A DNA stretch of 64,000 nucleotides from Macrostomum lignano. Lineage: Eukaryota. The notes under the pieces are model-generated. The model was not told where the DNA came from and ran no database searches. It worked only from the letters and a program-made list of their open reading frames with translations. Below are positions 34,592 to 48,560 of this stretch, in pieces. Made by a program: the position numbers and the translations under genes. Each line of letters begins with the position of its first letter. The first letter of the stretch is position 1. The stretch covers positions 1 to 64,000 of the forward strand of contig NIVC01002254.1 in NCBI GenBank assembly GCA_002269645.1, in the 5' to 3' direction.

Positions 34592-34831
34592 ATGAGTCGC
34601 TACGGTTTCCTACTAGTTCTGCTGCTGCATGTAGGCGTGCTTGCGCCTGTGCAGGCGGCTCCTTGGAACAGCCGAATGCTCTGGTACTCGACGCAGCTGT
34701 CCTACCAGCCTCTGCTGCAGAGTCGGGACTCAAACCAGCCGACCAGTTCCGGAGACAACAAGTGGCGTTTTTGGTGGAATGGACCGAATGGATATCGCTG
34801 GGGCAGCATAATGCGCTTTGGAAAGCGCTAG
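34592..34831 (+). CDS. RFamide neuropeptide precursor, 79 aa, single exon
   Basis: Signal peptide MSRYGFLLVLLLHVGVLAPVQA; C-terminus ...GPNGYRWGSIMRF-G-KR-stop (amidation Gly plus dibasic site); GC-rich ORF with TATA box upstream. Confidence 0.88.
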   Translation: MSRYGFLLVLLLHVGVLAPVQAAPWNSRMLWYSTQLSYQPLLQSRDSNQPTSSGDNKWRFWWNGPNGYRWGSIMRFGKR

Positions 34832-35984
34832 CTAGCTGGCGGATGCTCATTTTGAGCTGCTGAGGGCTCGGTTTCTCGGAGACAAGTGTCTGTTTTCTAT
34901 TTTTGGCACTGCGCTTCATTTTTTTAGGAACAAATTCGTCCTTGTACCTACTTGTTGCTTCGTTTCAAAGCGCTTTCACATGAATCGAACGTTTTTGTGG
35001 TAACCACAGTCAACAAATAAGTCAGAAAAAACCTACCAAATTTCTGCTTTTGCAATACACGGAAGTTACATTTTTTTCGAATTCTCTGTAATTTTTTGGT
35101 AAACTTCTATTGTAAATCGCGCGTATAGTATAACCATATGCCCCCACTTCCTTTAACACCCACTTTAAAAATCTATATGCAGTGTCAAAACATATTGTAA
35201 CGAATTAAAAATACGTCAAGTTTTCCCTCAATATAAAAAATGTGCGTGAAAGTGATTCATGAAAAATGATTTCGTTTTATTTATTTACTCTTTTGAAAGT
35301 TGAGAAAGATGGCTGATTTTTGTTTAAAAGAATTTATTATCGTCTCAAACTTTCACAAGCAAAATACGTGTACCCGTATTATACTACTTGTAGCCGTACA
35401 TTTCACACGCACAACGCAGTAATCTGTTAGCGTTGTATAAAGCCTTGTCTACTGAAGCGAATACGCTGCAATAAACATAAGTAGTATACACGGCAAACTG
35501 TCCTATAAAATATCAATTTACTAAGCGCACCACTGAATCCAGGAACAATGCAAGGAGCGATTGACTGATTAATGATTAAGTTTTTCTAAAGGGAAAAGAA
35601 AACAAAAAGAACAAACTTAGAATTTAACTATTTGAACTTTTAAAAAAGAAAGAAAAAAGGAGAATCGATACATGTACGATTTAATAAATTTAGGAAACAA
35701 TATATAGCTCTTATTCGATTGAAAAAAAACACGCAAGACAGGATGTTACCAGAATGTTTTTGCACGAAGAGATCACTGCCTGCATATATACGTTCAACTG
35801 TGGTAAATTTGAATCTGGAGTTCGAATATCCTTTCGGTAGCTTTTTTTCCATATTTTTGTCTCGATCTTTTTACTCATAAACAGAATTATGGCGGTGCCT
35901 TAAAGATGCTAATGTTATCATACTTTATTTTATTTTAGTTATTATTTATGACTATACTCGTATTTAGTACGAGTATTATACGCT

Positions 35985-38900
35985 GTGTTCGCAAGTGTTT
36001 ATGGTACAGGTTTGTGTTTGCAAGTGTCTATGGTACAGATTTTGTTTGTAAGTGTCTATAGTACAGATTGTGTTTGTAAGTGTTTATGGTACAGATTGTG
36101 TTTGCAAGTGTCTATGGTACAGATTGTGTTTGCAAGTGTCTATGGTACATATTGTGTTTGCAGGTGTCTATGGTACAGATTTTGTTTGTAAGTGTCTAAT
36201 GGTACAGATTGTGTTTGCAAGTGTCTATGGTACAGATTGTGTTTGCAAGTGTCTATAGTACAGATTGTGTTTGCAAGTGTCTATGGTACAGATTGTGTTT
36301 GCAAGTGTCTATGGTACAGATTGTGTTTGTAAGTGTCTATGGTACAAATTGTGTTTTGCAAGTGTCTAATGGTACAGATTGTGTTTGCAAGTGTCTATGG
36401 TACAGATTGTGTTTGCAAGTGTCTATAGTACAGATTGTGTTTGCAAGTGTCTATGGTACAAATTGTGTTTGCAAGTGTCTATGGTACAGATTGTGTTTGC
36501 AAGTGTCTATGGTACAGATTGTGTTTGCAAGTGTCTATGGTACAGATTGTGTTTGCAAGTGTCTATGGTACAGATTGTGTTGTAAGTGTCTATGGTACAG
36601 ATTGTGTTTGCAAGTGTCTATGGTACAGATTGTGTTTGCAAGTGTCTATGGTACAGATTGTGTTTGCAAGTGTCTATGGTACAGATTGTGTTTGTAAGTG
36701 TCTATGGTACAATTGTGTTTGCAAGTGTCTAATGGTACAGATTGTGTTTGCAAGTGTCTATGGTACAGATTGTGTTTGCAAGTGTCTAATGGTACAGATT
36801 GTGTTTGCAAGTGTCTATGGTACAAATTGTGTTTGCAAGTGTCTATGGTACAAATTGTGTTTGCAAGTGTCTATGGTACAAATGTGTTGGTAAGTGTCTA
36901 TGGTACAGATTGTGTTTGCAAGTGTCTATGGTACAGATTGTGTTTGCAAGTGTCTATGGTACAGATTGTGTTTGCAAGTGTCTAATGGTACAGATTGTGT
37001 TTGCAAGTGTCTATGGTACAGATTTGTTTGTAAGTGTCTATGGTACAGATTGTGTTTGCAAGTGTCTTTGTTACAGATTGTGTTGGTAAGTGTCTATGGT
37101 ACAGATTGTGTTTGCAAGTGTCTTTGTTACAGATTGTGTTGGTAAGTGTCTATGGTACAGATTGTGTTTGCAAGTGTCTTTGTTACAGATTGTGTTGGTA
37201 AGTGTCTATGGTACAGATTGTGTTTGCAAGTGTCTATGGTACAGATTGTGTTTGCAAGTGTCTATGGTACAATTGTGTTGGTAAGTGTCTATGGTACAGA
37301 TTGTGTTTGCAAGTGTCTATGGTACAGATTGTGTTTGCAAGTGTCTATGGTACAATTGTGTTTGCAAGTGTCTTTGTTACAGATTGTGTTGGTAAGTGTC
37401 TATGGTACAGATTGTGTTTGCAAGTATCTTTGTTACAGATTGTGTTGGTAAGTGTCTATGGTACAGATTGTGTTTGCAAGTGTCTTTGTTACAGATTGTG
37501 TTGGTAAGTGTCTATGGTACAGATTGTGTTTGCAAGTGTCTATGGTACAGATTGTGTTTGCAAGTGTCTATGGTACAATGTGTTGGTAAGTGTCTATGGT
37601 ACAGATTGTGTTTGCAAGTGTCTTTGGTACAGATTGTGTTTGCAAGTGTCTATGGTACAGATTGTGTTTGCAAGTGTCTATGGTACAAATTGTGTTTGCA
37701 AGTGTCTATGGTACAGATTTGTTTGTAAGTGTCTATGGTACAGATTGTGTTTGCAAGTGTCTTTGTTACAGATTGTGTTGGTAAGTGTCTATGGTACAGA
37801 TTGTGTTTGCAAGTGTCTTTGTTACAGATTGTGTTGGTAAGTGTCTATGGTACAGATTGTGTTTGCAAGTGCCTATGGTACAAATTGTGTTGGTAAGTGT
37901 CTATGGTACAGATTGTGTTTGCAAGTGTCTATGGTACAGATTGTGTTTGCAAGTGTCTTTGTTACAGATTGTGTTGGTAAGTGTCTATGGTACAGATTGT
38001 GTTTGCAAGTGTCTTTGTTACAGATTGTGTTGGTAAGTGTCTATGGTACAGATTGTGTTTGCAAGTGCCTATGGTACAAATTGTGTTGGTAAGTGTCTAT
38101 GGTACAGATTGTGTTTGCAAGTGTCTATGGTACAGATTGTGTTTGCAAGTGTCTTTGTTACAGATTGTGTTGGTAAGTGTCTATGGTACAGATTGTGTTT
38201 GCAAGTGTCTTTGTTACAGATTGTGTTGCAAGTGTCTATGGTACAGATTGTGTTTGCAAGTGTCTATGGTACAAATTGTGTTTGCAAGTGTTATGGTACA
38301 GATTGTGTTTGCAAGTGTCTATGGTACAGATTGTGTTTGCAAGTGTCTATAGTACAGATTGTGTTTGCAAGTGTCTATAGTACAGATTGTGTTTGCAAGT
38401 GTCTATGGTACAAATTGTGTTTGCAAGTGTCTATGGTACAGATTGTGTTTGCAAGTGTCTATGGTACAGATTGTGTTTGCAAGTGTCTATGGTACAGATT
38501 GTGTTTGCAAGTGTCTATGGTACAATTGTGTTTGCAAGTGTCTATGGTACAGATTGTGTTTGCAAGTGTCTATGGTACAATTTGTTTGCAAGTGTCTTGT
38601 ACAGATTGTGTTTGCAAGTGTCTATGGTACAGACTGTGTTTGCAAGTGTCTATGGTACAGATTGTGTTTGCAAGTGTCTATGGTACAGATTGTGTTGGTA
38701 AGTGTCTATGGTACAGATTGTGTTTGCAAGTGTCTATGGTACAGATTGTGTTTGCAAGTGTCTATGGTACAATTGTGTTTGCAAGTGTCTATGGTACAGA
38801 TTGTGTTTGCAAGTGTCTATGGTACAGATTTGTTTGTAAGTGTCTATGGTACAGATTGTGTTTGCAAGTGTCTTTGTTACAGATTGTGTTGGTAAGTGTC

Positions 38901-41900
38901 TATGGTACAGATTGTGTTTGCAAGTGTCTTTGTTACAGATTGTGTTGGTAAGTGTCTATGGTACAGATTGTGTTTGCAAGTGTCTATGGTACAGATTGTG
39001 TTGGTAAGTGTCTATGGTACAGATTGTGTTTGCAAGTGTCTATGGTACAGATTGTGTTTGCAAGTGTCTTGTTACAGATTGTGTTGGTAAGTGTCTATGG
39101 TACAGATTGTGTTTGCAAGTGTCTTTGTTACAGATTGTGTTGGTAAGTGTCTATGGTACAGATTGTGTTTGCAAGTGTCTATGGTACAATTGTGTTGGTA
39201 AGTGTCTATGGTACAGATTGTGTTTGCAAGTGTCTATGGTACAGATTGTGTTTGCAAGTGTCTTTGTTACAGATTGTGTTGGTAAGTGTCTATGGTACAG
39301 ATTGTGTTTGCAAGTGTCTATGGTACAATTGTGTTGGTAAGTGTCTATGGTACAGATTGTGTTTGCAAGTGTCTATGGTACAGATTGTGTTTGCAAGTGT
39401 CTTTGTTACAGATTGTGTTGGTAAGTGTCTATGGTACAGATTGTGTTTGCAAGTGTCTATGGTACAGATTGTGTTTGCAAGTGTCTATGGTACAGATGTG
39501 TTGTAAGTGTCTATGGTACAGATTGTGTTTGCAAGTGTCTATGGTACAGATTGTGTTTGCAAGTGTCTATGGTACAGATTGTGTTTGCAAGTGTCTATGG
39601 TACAGATTGTGTTTGCAAGTGTCTATGGTACAGATTTGTTTGTAAGTGTCTATGGTACAGATTGTGTTTGCAAGTGTCTTTGTTACAGATTGTGTTGGTA
39701 AGTGTCTATGGTACAGATTGTGTTTGCAAGTATCTTTGTTACAGATATGGTACAGATTGTGTTTGCAAGTGTCTATGGTACAGATTGTGTTTGCAAGTGT
39801 CTATGGTACAGATTGTGTTGGTAAGTGTCTATGGTACAGATTGTGTTTGCAAGTGTCTTTGTTACAGATTGTGTTGGTAAGTGTCTATGGTACAGATTGT
39901 GTTTGCAAGTGTCTTTGTTACAGATTGTGTTGGTAAGTGTCTATGGTACAGATTGTGTTTGCAAGTGTCTATGGTACAGATTGTGTTGGTAAGTGTCTAT
40001 GGTACAGATTGTGTTTGCAAGTGTCTATGGTACAGATTGTGTTTGCAAGTGTCTATGGTACAGATTGTGTTTGCAAGTGTCTATGGTACAGATTGTGTTT
40101 GCAAGTGTCTTTGTTACAGATTGTGTTGCAAGTGTCTATGGTACAGATTGTGTTTGCAAGTGTCTATGGTACAGATTGTGTTTGCAAGTGTCTATGGTAC
40201 AGATTGTGTTTGCAAGTGTCTATGGTACAGATTGTGTTTGCAAGTGTCTATGGTACAGATTGTGTTTGCAAGTGTCTATGGTACAGATTGTGTTTGCAAG
40301 TGTCTATGGTACAGATTGTGTTTGCAAGTGTCTATGGTACAGATTGTGTTTGCAAGTGTCTATGGTACAGATTGTGTTTGCAAGTGTCTATGGTACAGAT
40401 TGTGTTTGCAAGTGTCTATGGTACAGATTGTGTTTGCAAGTGTCTATGGTACAGATTGTGTTTGCAAGTGTCTATGGTACAGATTGTGTTTGCAAGTGTC
40501 TATGGTACAGATTGTGTTTGCAAGTGTCTATGGTACAGATTTGTTTGTAAGTGTCTATGGTACAGATTGTGTTTGCAAGTGTCTTTTTACAGATTGTGTT
40601 TGCAAGTGTCTATGGTACAGATTGTGTTTGCAAGTGTCTATGGTACAGATTGTGTTTGCAAGTGTCTATGGTACAGATTGTGTTTGCAAGTGTCTATGGT
40701 ACAGATTGTGTTTGCAAGTGTCTATGGTACAGATTGTGTTTGCAAGTGTCTATGGTACAGATTGTGTTTGCAAGTGTCTATGGTACAGATTGTGTTTGCA
40801 AGTGTCTATGGTACAGATTGTGTTTGCAAGTGTCTATGGTACAGATTGTGTTTGCAAGTGTCTATGGTACAGATTGTGTTTGCAAGTGTCTATGGTACAG
40901 ATTGTGTTTGCAAGTGTCTATGGTACAGATTGTGTTTGCAAGTGTCTATGGTACAGATTGTGTTTGCAAGTGTCTATGGTACAGATTGTGTTTGCAAGTG
41001 TCTATGGTACAGATTGTGTTTGCAAGTGTCTATGGTACAGATTGTGTTTGCAAGTGTCTATGGTACAGATTGTGTTTGCAAGTGTCTATGGTACAGATTG
41101 TGTTTGCAAGTGTCTATGGTACAGATTGTGTTTGCAAGTGTCTATGGTACAGATTGTGTTTGCAAGTGTCTATGGTACAGATTGTGTTTGCAAGTGTCTA
41201 TGGTACAGATTGTGTTTGCAAGTGTCTATGGTACAATTGTGTTTGCAAGTGTCTATGGTACAGATTGTGTTTGCAAGTGTCTATGGTACAGATTGTGTTT
41301 GCAAGTGTCTATGGTACAGATTGTGTTTGCAAGTGTCTATGGTACAGATTGTGTTTGCAAGTGTCTATGGTACAGATTGTGTTTGCAAGTGTCTATGGTA
41401 CAGATTGTGTTTGCAAGTGTCTATGGTACAGATTGTGTTTGTAAGTGTCTATGGTACAGATTGTGTTTGCAAGTGTCTTTGTACAGATTGTGTTGGTAAG
41501 TGTCTATGGTACAGATTGTGTTTGCAAGTGTCTTTGTTACAGATTGTGTTGGTAAGTGTCTATGGTACAGATTGTGTTTGCAAGTGTCTATGGTACAGAT
41601 TGTGTTGGTAAGTGTCTATGGTACAGATTGTGTTTGCAAGTGTCTATGGTACAGATTGTGTTTGCAAGTGTCTATGGTACAGATTGTGTTTGCAAGTGTC
41701 TATGTACAGATTGTGTTGGTAAGTGTCTATGGTACAGATTGTGTTTGCAAGTGTCTTGTACAGATTGTGTTGGTAAGTGTCTATGGTACAGATTGTGTTT
41801 GCAAGTGTCTTGTACAGATTGTGTTGGTAAGTGTCTATGGTACAGATTGTGTTTGCAAGTGTCTATGGTACAGATTGTGTTTGCAAGTGTCTATGGTACA

Positions 41901-44900
41901 GATTGTGTTGGTAAGTGTCTATGGTACAGATTGTGTTTGCAAGTGTCTATGGTACAGATTGTGTTTGCAAGTGTCTATGGTACAGATTGTGTTTGCAAGT
42001 GTCTATGGTACAGATTGTGTTTGCAAGTGTCTATGGTACAGATTGTGTTTGTAAGTGTCTATGGTACAGATTGTGTTTGCAAGTGTCTTTGTACAGATTG
42101 TGTTGGTAAGTGTCTATGGTACAGATTGTGTTTGCAAGTGTCTATGGTACAGATTGTGTTGGTAAGTGTCTATGGTACAGATTGTGTTTGCAAGTGTCTA
42201 TGGTACAGATTGTGTTTGCAAGTGTCTTGTACAGATTGTGTTGGTAAGTGTCTATGGTACAGATTGTGTTTGCAAGTGTCTTTGTTACAGATTGTGTTGG
42301 TAAGTGTCTATGGTACAGATTGTGTTTGCAAGTGCCTATGGTACAATTGTGTTGGTAAGTGTCTATGGTACAGATTGTGTTTGCAAGTGTCTATGGTACA
42401 GATTGTGTTTGCAAGTGTCTTTGTTACAGATTGTGTTGGTAAGTGTCTATGGTACAGATTGTGTTTGCAAGTGTCTTTGTTACAGATTGTGTTGGTAAGT
42501 GTCTATGGTACAGATTGTGTTTGCAAGTGCCTATGGTACAAATTGTGTTGGTAAGTGTCTATGGTACAGATTGTGTTTGCAAGTGTCTATGGTACAGATT
42601 GTGTTTGCAAGTGTCTTTGTTACAGATTGTGTTGGTAAGTGTCTATGGTACAGATTGTGTTTGCAAGTGTCTTTGTTACAGATTGTGTTGCAAGTGTCTA
42701 TGGTACAGATTGTGTTTGCAAGTGTCTATGGTACAATTGTGTTTGCAAGTGTCTATGGTACAGATTGTGTTTGCAAGTGTCTATGGTACAGATTGTGTTT
42801 GCAAGTGTCTATGTACAGATTGTGTTTGCAAGTGTCTATGGTACAGATTGTGTTTGCAAGTGTCTATGGTACAGATTGTGTTTGCAAGTGTCTATGGTAC
42901 AGATTGTGTTTGCAAGTGTCTATGGTACAGATTGTGTTTGCAAGTGTCTATGGTACAGATTGTGTTTGCAAGTGTCTATGGTACAGATTGTGTTTGCAAG
43001 TGTCTAATGGTACAGATTGTGTTTGCAAGTGTCTATGGTACAGATTGTGTTTGTAAGTGTCTATGGTACAGATTGTGTTTGCAAGTGTCTTTACAGATTG
43101 TGTTGGTAAGTGTCTATGGTACAGATTGTGTTTGCAAGTGTCTTTACAGATTGTGTTTGCAAGTGTCTATGGTACAGATTGTGTTTGCAAGTGTCTAATG
43201 GTACAGATTGTGTTTGCAAGTGTCTATGGTACAGATTGTGTTTGTAAGTGTCTATGGTACAATTGTGTTTGCAAGTGTCTATGGTACAGATTGTGTTTGC
43301 AAGTGTCTATGGTACAGATTGTGTTTGCAAGTGTCTATGTACAGATTGTGTTTGCAAGTGTCTATGGTACAATTGTGTTTGCAAGTGTCTATGGTACAGA
43401 TTGTGTTGGTAAGTGTCTATGGTACAGATTGTGTTTGCAAGTGTCTATGGTACAGATTGTGTTTGCAAGTGTCTATGGTACAATTGTGTTGCAAGTGTCT
43501 ATGGTACAGATTGTGTTTGCAAGTGTCTATGGTACAGATTGTGTTTGCAAGTGTCTATGGTACAATTGTGTTTGCAAGTGTCTTGTACAGATTGTGTTGG
43601 TAAGTGTCTATGGTACAGATTGTGTTTGCAAGTGTCTTGTTACAGATTGTGTTGGTAAGTGTCTATGGTACAGATTGTGTTTGCAAGTGTCTTGTTACAG
43701 ATTGTGTTGGTAAGTGTCTATGGTACAGATTGTGTTTGCAAGTGTCTATGGTACAGATTGTGTTTGCAAGTGTCTATGGTACAATGTGTTGGTAAGTGTC
43801 TATGGTACAGATTGTGTTTGCAAGTGTCTATGGTACAGATTGTGTTTGCAAGTGTCTATGGTACAGATTGTGTTTGCAAGTGTCTATGGTACAGATTGTG
43901 TTTGCAAGTGTCTATGGTACAGATTTTGTTTGTAAGTGTCTATGGTACAGATTGTGTTTGCAAGTGTCTTTTTTACAGATTGTGTTGGTAAGTGTCTATG
44001 GTACAGATTGTGTTTGCAAGTGCCTATGGTACAAATTGTGTTGGTAAGTGTCTATGGTACAGATTGTGTTTGCAAGTGTCTATGGTACAGATTGTGTTTG
44101 CAAGTGTCTTTGTTACAGATTGTGTTGGTAAGTGTCTATGGTACAGATTGTGTTTGCAAGTGTCTTTGTTACAGATTGTGTTGGTAAGTGTCTATGGTAC
44201 AGATTGTGTTTGCAAGTGCCTATGGTACAAATTGTGTTGGTAAGTGTCTATGGTACAGATTGTGTTTGCAAGTGTCTATGGTACAGATTGTGTTTGCAAG
44301 TGTCTTTGTTACAGATTGTGTTGGTAAGTGTCTATGGTACAGATTGTGTTTGCAAGTGTCTTTGTTACAGATTGTGTTGGTAAGTGTCTATGGTACAGAT
44401 TGTGTTTGCAAGTGCCTATGGTACAAATTGTGTTGGTAAGTGTCTATGGTACAGATTGTGTTTGCAAGTGTCTATGGTACAGATTGTGTTTGCAAGTGTC
44501 TTTGTTACAGATTGTGTTGGTAAGTGTCTATGGTACAGATTGTGTTTGCAAGTGTCTTTGTTACAGATTGTGTTGCAAGTGTCTATGGTACAGATTGTGT
44601 TTGCAAGTGCCTATGGTACAAATTGTGTTTGCAAGTGTTATGGTACAGATTGTGTTTGCAAGTGTCTATGGTACAGATTGTGTTTGCAAGTGTCTATAGT
44701 ACAGATTGTGTTTGCAAGTGTCTATGGTACAGATTGTGTTTGCAAGTGTCTATGGTACAGATTGTGTTTGCAAGTGTCTATGGTACAGATTGTGTTTGCA
44801 AGTGTCTATGGTACAGATTGTGTTTGCAAGTGTCTATGGTACAGATTGTGTTTGCAAGTGTCTATGGTACAATTGTGTTTGCAAGTGTCTAATGGTACAG

Positions 44901-47900
44901 ATTGTGTTTGCAAGTGTCTATGGTACAGATTTTGTTTGTAAGTGTCTATGGTACAGATTGTGTTTGCAAGTGTCTTTTTTACAGATTGTGTTGGTAAGTG
45001 TCTATGGTACAGATTGTGTTTTCAAGTGTCTTTTTTACAGATTGTGTTTGCAAGTGTCTATGGTACAGATTGTGTTTGCAAGTGTCTAATGGTACAGATT
45101 GTGTTTGCAAGTGTCTATGGTACAGATTGTGTTTGTAAGTGTCTATGGTACAAATTGTGTTTGCAAGTGTCTAATGGTACAGATTGTGTTTGCAAGTGTC
45201 TATGGTACAGATTGTGTTTGCAAGTGTCTATAGTACAGATTGTGTTTGCAAGTGTCTATGGTACAAATTGTGTTTGCAAGTGTCTATGGTACAGATTGTG
45301 TTTGCAAGTGTCTAATGGTACAGATTGTGTTTGCAAGTGTCTATGGTACAGATTGTGTTTGCAAGTGTCTATGGTACAGATTGTGTTTGCAAGTGTCTAT
45401 GGTACAGATTGTGTTTGCAAGTGTCTATGGTACAGATTGTGTTTGCAAGTGTCTATGGTACAGATTGTGTTTGCAAGTGTCTATGGTACAGATTGTGTTT
45501 GTAAGTGTCTATGGTACAAATTGTGTTTGCAAGTGTCTAATGGTACAGATTGTGTTTGCAAGTGTCTAATGGTACAGATTGTGTTTGCAAGTGTCTAATG
45601 GTACAGATTGTGTTTGCAAGTGTCTATGGTACAAATTGTGTTTGCAAGTGTCTATGGTACAAATTGTGTTTGCAAGTGTCTATGGTACAAATGTGTTGGT
45701 AAGTGTCTATGGTACAAATTGTGTTTGCAAGTGTCTATGGTACAGATTGTGTTTGCAAGTGTCTATGGTACAGATTGTGTTTGCAAGTGTCTAATGGTAC
45801 AGATTGTGTTTGCAAGTGTCTATGGTACAGATTTTGTTTGTAAGTGTCTATAGTACAGATTGTGTTTGCAAGTGTCTTTGTTACAGATTGTGTTGGTAAG
45901 TGTCTATGGTACAGATTGTGTTTGCAAGTATCTTTGTTACAGATTGTGTTGGTAAGTGTCTATGGTACAGATTGTGTTTGCAAGTGTCTTTGTTACAGAT
46001 TGTGTTGGTAAGTGTCTATGGTACAGATTGTGTTTGCAAGTGTCTATGGTACAGATTGTGTTTGCAAGTGTCTATGGTACAAATGTGTTGGTAAGTGTCT
46101 ATGGTACAGATTGTGTTTGCAAGTGTCTATGGTACAGATTGTGTTTGCAAGTGTCTATGGTACAAATTGTGTTTGCAAGTGTCTTTGTTACAGATTGTGT
46201 TGGTAAGTGTCTATGGTACAGATTGTGTTTGCAAGTATCTTTGTTACAGATTGTGTTGGTAAGTGTCTATGGTACAGATTGTGTTTGCAAGTGTCTTTGT
46301 TACAGATTGTGTTGGTAAGTGTCTATGGTACAGACTGTGTTTGCAAGTGTCTATGGTACAGATTGTGTTTGCAAGTGTCTATGGTACAAATGTGTTGGTA
46401 AGTGTCTATGGTACAGATTGTGTTTGCAAGTGTCTATGGTACAGATTGTGTTTGCAAGTGTCTATGGTACAAATTGTGTTTGCAAGTGTCTAATGGTACA
46501 GATTGTGTTTGCAAGTGTCTATGGTACAGATTTTGTTTGTAAGTGTCTATAGTACAGATTGTGTTTGCAAGTGTCTTTGTTACAGATTGTGTTGGTAAGT
46601 GTCTATGGTACAGATTGTGTTTGCAAGTATCTTTGTTACAGATTGTGTTGGTAAGTGTCTATGGTACAGATTGTGTTTGCAAGTGCCTATGGTACAAATT
46701 GTGTTGGTAAGTGTCTATGGTACAGATTGTGTTTGCAAGTGTCTATGGTACAGATTGTGTTTGCAAGTGTCTTTGTTACAGATTGTGTTGGTAAGTGTCT
46801 ATGGTACAGATTGTGTTTGCAAGTGTCTTTGTTACAGATTGTGTTGGTAAGTGTCTATGGTACAGATTGTGTTTGCAAGTGCCTATGGTACAAATTGTGT
46901 TGGTAAGTGTCTATGGTACAGATTGTGTTTGCAAGTGTCTATGGTACAGATTGTGTTTGCAAGTGTCTTTGTTACAGATTGTGTTGGTAAGTGTCTATGG
47001 TACAGATTGTGTTTGCAAGTGTCTTTGTTACAGATTGTGTCTGCAAGTGTCTATGGTACAGATTGTGTTTGCAAGTGCCTATGGTACAAATTGTGTTTGC
47101 AAGTGTTTAATGGTACAGATTGTGTTTGCAAGTGTCTATGGTACAGATTGTGTTTGCAAGTGTCTATAGTACAGATTGTGTTTGCAAGTGTCTATAGTAC
47201 AGATTGTGTTTGCAAGTGTCTATGGTACAGATTGTGTTTGCAAGTGTCTATGGTACAAATTGTGTTTGCAAGTGTCTAATGGTACAGATTGTGTTTGCAA
47301 GTGTCTATGGTACAGATTGTGTTTGCAAGTGTCTATGGTACAAATTGTGTTTGCAAGTGTCTAATGGTACAGATTGTGTTTGCAAGTGTCTATGGTACAG
47401 ATTTTGTTTGTAAGTGTCTATGGTACAGATTGTGTTTGCAAGTGTCTTTTTTACAGATTGTGTTGGTAAGTGTCTATGGTACAGATTGTGTTTGCAAGTG
47501 TCTTTTTTACAGATTGTGTTTGCAAGTGTCTATGGTACAGATTGTGTTTGCAAGTGTCTAATGGTACAGATTGTGTTTGCAAGTGTCTTTTTTACAGATT
47601 GTGTTGGTAAGTGTCTATGGTACAGATTGTGTTTGCAAGTGTCTATGGTACAGATTGTGTTTGCAAGTGTCTGTGGTACAAATTGTGTTTGCAAGTGTCT
47701 ATGGTACAAATGTGTTTGCAAGTGTCTAATGGTACAAATTGTGTTTGCAAGTGTCTATGGTACAGATTGTGTTTGCAAGTGTCTATGGTACAGATTGTGT
47801 TTGCAAGTGTCTATGGTACAAATTGTGTTTGCAAGTGTCTAATGGTACAGATTGTGTTTGCAAGTGTTTATGGTACAGATTGTGTTGGTAAGTGTCTATG

Positions 47901-48100
47901 GTACAGATTGTGTTTGCAAGTGTTTATGGTACAGATTGTGTTGGTAAGTGTCTATAGTACAGATTGTGTTTGCAAGTGTTTATGGTACAGATTGTGTTGG
48001 TAAGTGTCTATAGTACAGATTGTGTTTGCAAGTGTTTATGGTACAGATTGTGTTGGTAAGTGTCTAATGGTACAGATTGTGTTTGCAAGTGTCTTTGTTA
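35985..48100 (+). repeat. 12.1-kb satellite of 28-bp units (GCAAGTGTCTATGGTACAGATTGTGTTT), roughly 430 copies
   Basis: Direct reading; recurrent variants (GTAAG, CTTTGTTAC, GTTGG, CTAATGG, GCCTATG) form 56-bp and 196-bp higher-order patterns. Confidence 0.98.
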
Positions 48101-48162
48101 CAAAAATGAGTTCAATATGTTCACAGGTCTGTTTTCTGTCTTATCTCAATGTTGAGTCATTT

Positions 48163-48560
48163 GAAGGTCGTATCTAGCACCGTGTGGGCCGGAGACTGCG
48201 CGCTCCGTGCCGAGCTCTGCGCAGCGTCATTGAGCTGGTAAATTTTCTGAATCGGCTGCAGAGTCGCTTTGCTGATGCCGAGTCCAGTCCAGAGCTCTCT
48301 GCTCAGAGGACAAAGCATTCAGCAAGGGAAAAATGACTCATTTTTTTCAGAAGAATCAAGCTTTAACTATCCGATCATTAGTGCTGGTGCACTGGTGATT
48401 GCTGCATGCTGTCTTGGTGCTGACGGCGACAGTCTTACGAGTGAGTCCGCCGTCCTTCATCTGTCGGTAGTCCGCCATTCAGGTCGCGACGAGGAGGGCC
48501 CTGAAAGAAACGCCTTGTTTACTCAGACTTTTTCATTCTTTTTATTTTTCTTCGCTGCTT
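48163..48560 (+). pseudogene. Degenerate paralog of the 3' end of the CUB/C-type-lectin/TM gene
   Basis: CCGGAGACTGCGCGCTCCGTGCCGAGCTCTGCGCA matches 58884-58918 (PETARSVPSSA); GCCGAGTCCAGTCCAGA resembles 58979-58995; hydrophobic stretch IISAGALVIAACCLG follows; frames not continuous. Confidence 0.55.

Noticed and set aside
35985-48003. Dozens of Cys-rich ORFs (VSMVQIVFASVYGTDCVCKCLWYRLCLQ)
   Set aside because: Translations of the 28-bp satellite; open in all frames only because the unit lacks stop codons; no splice or start context.
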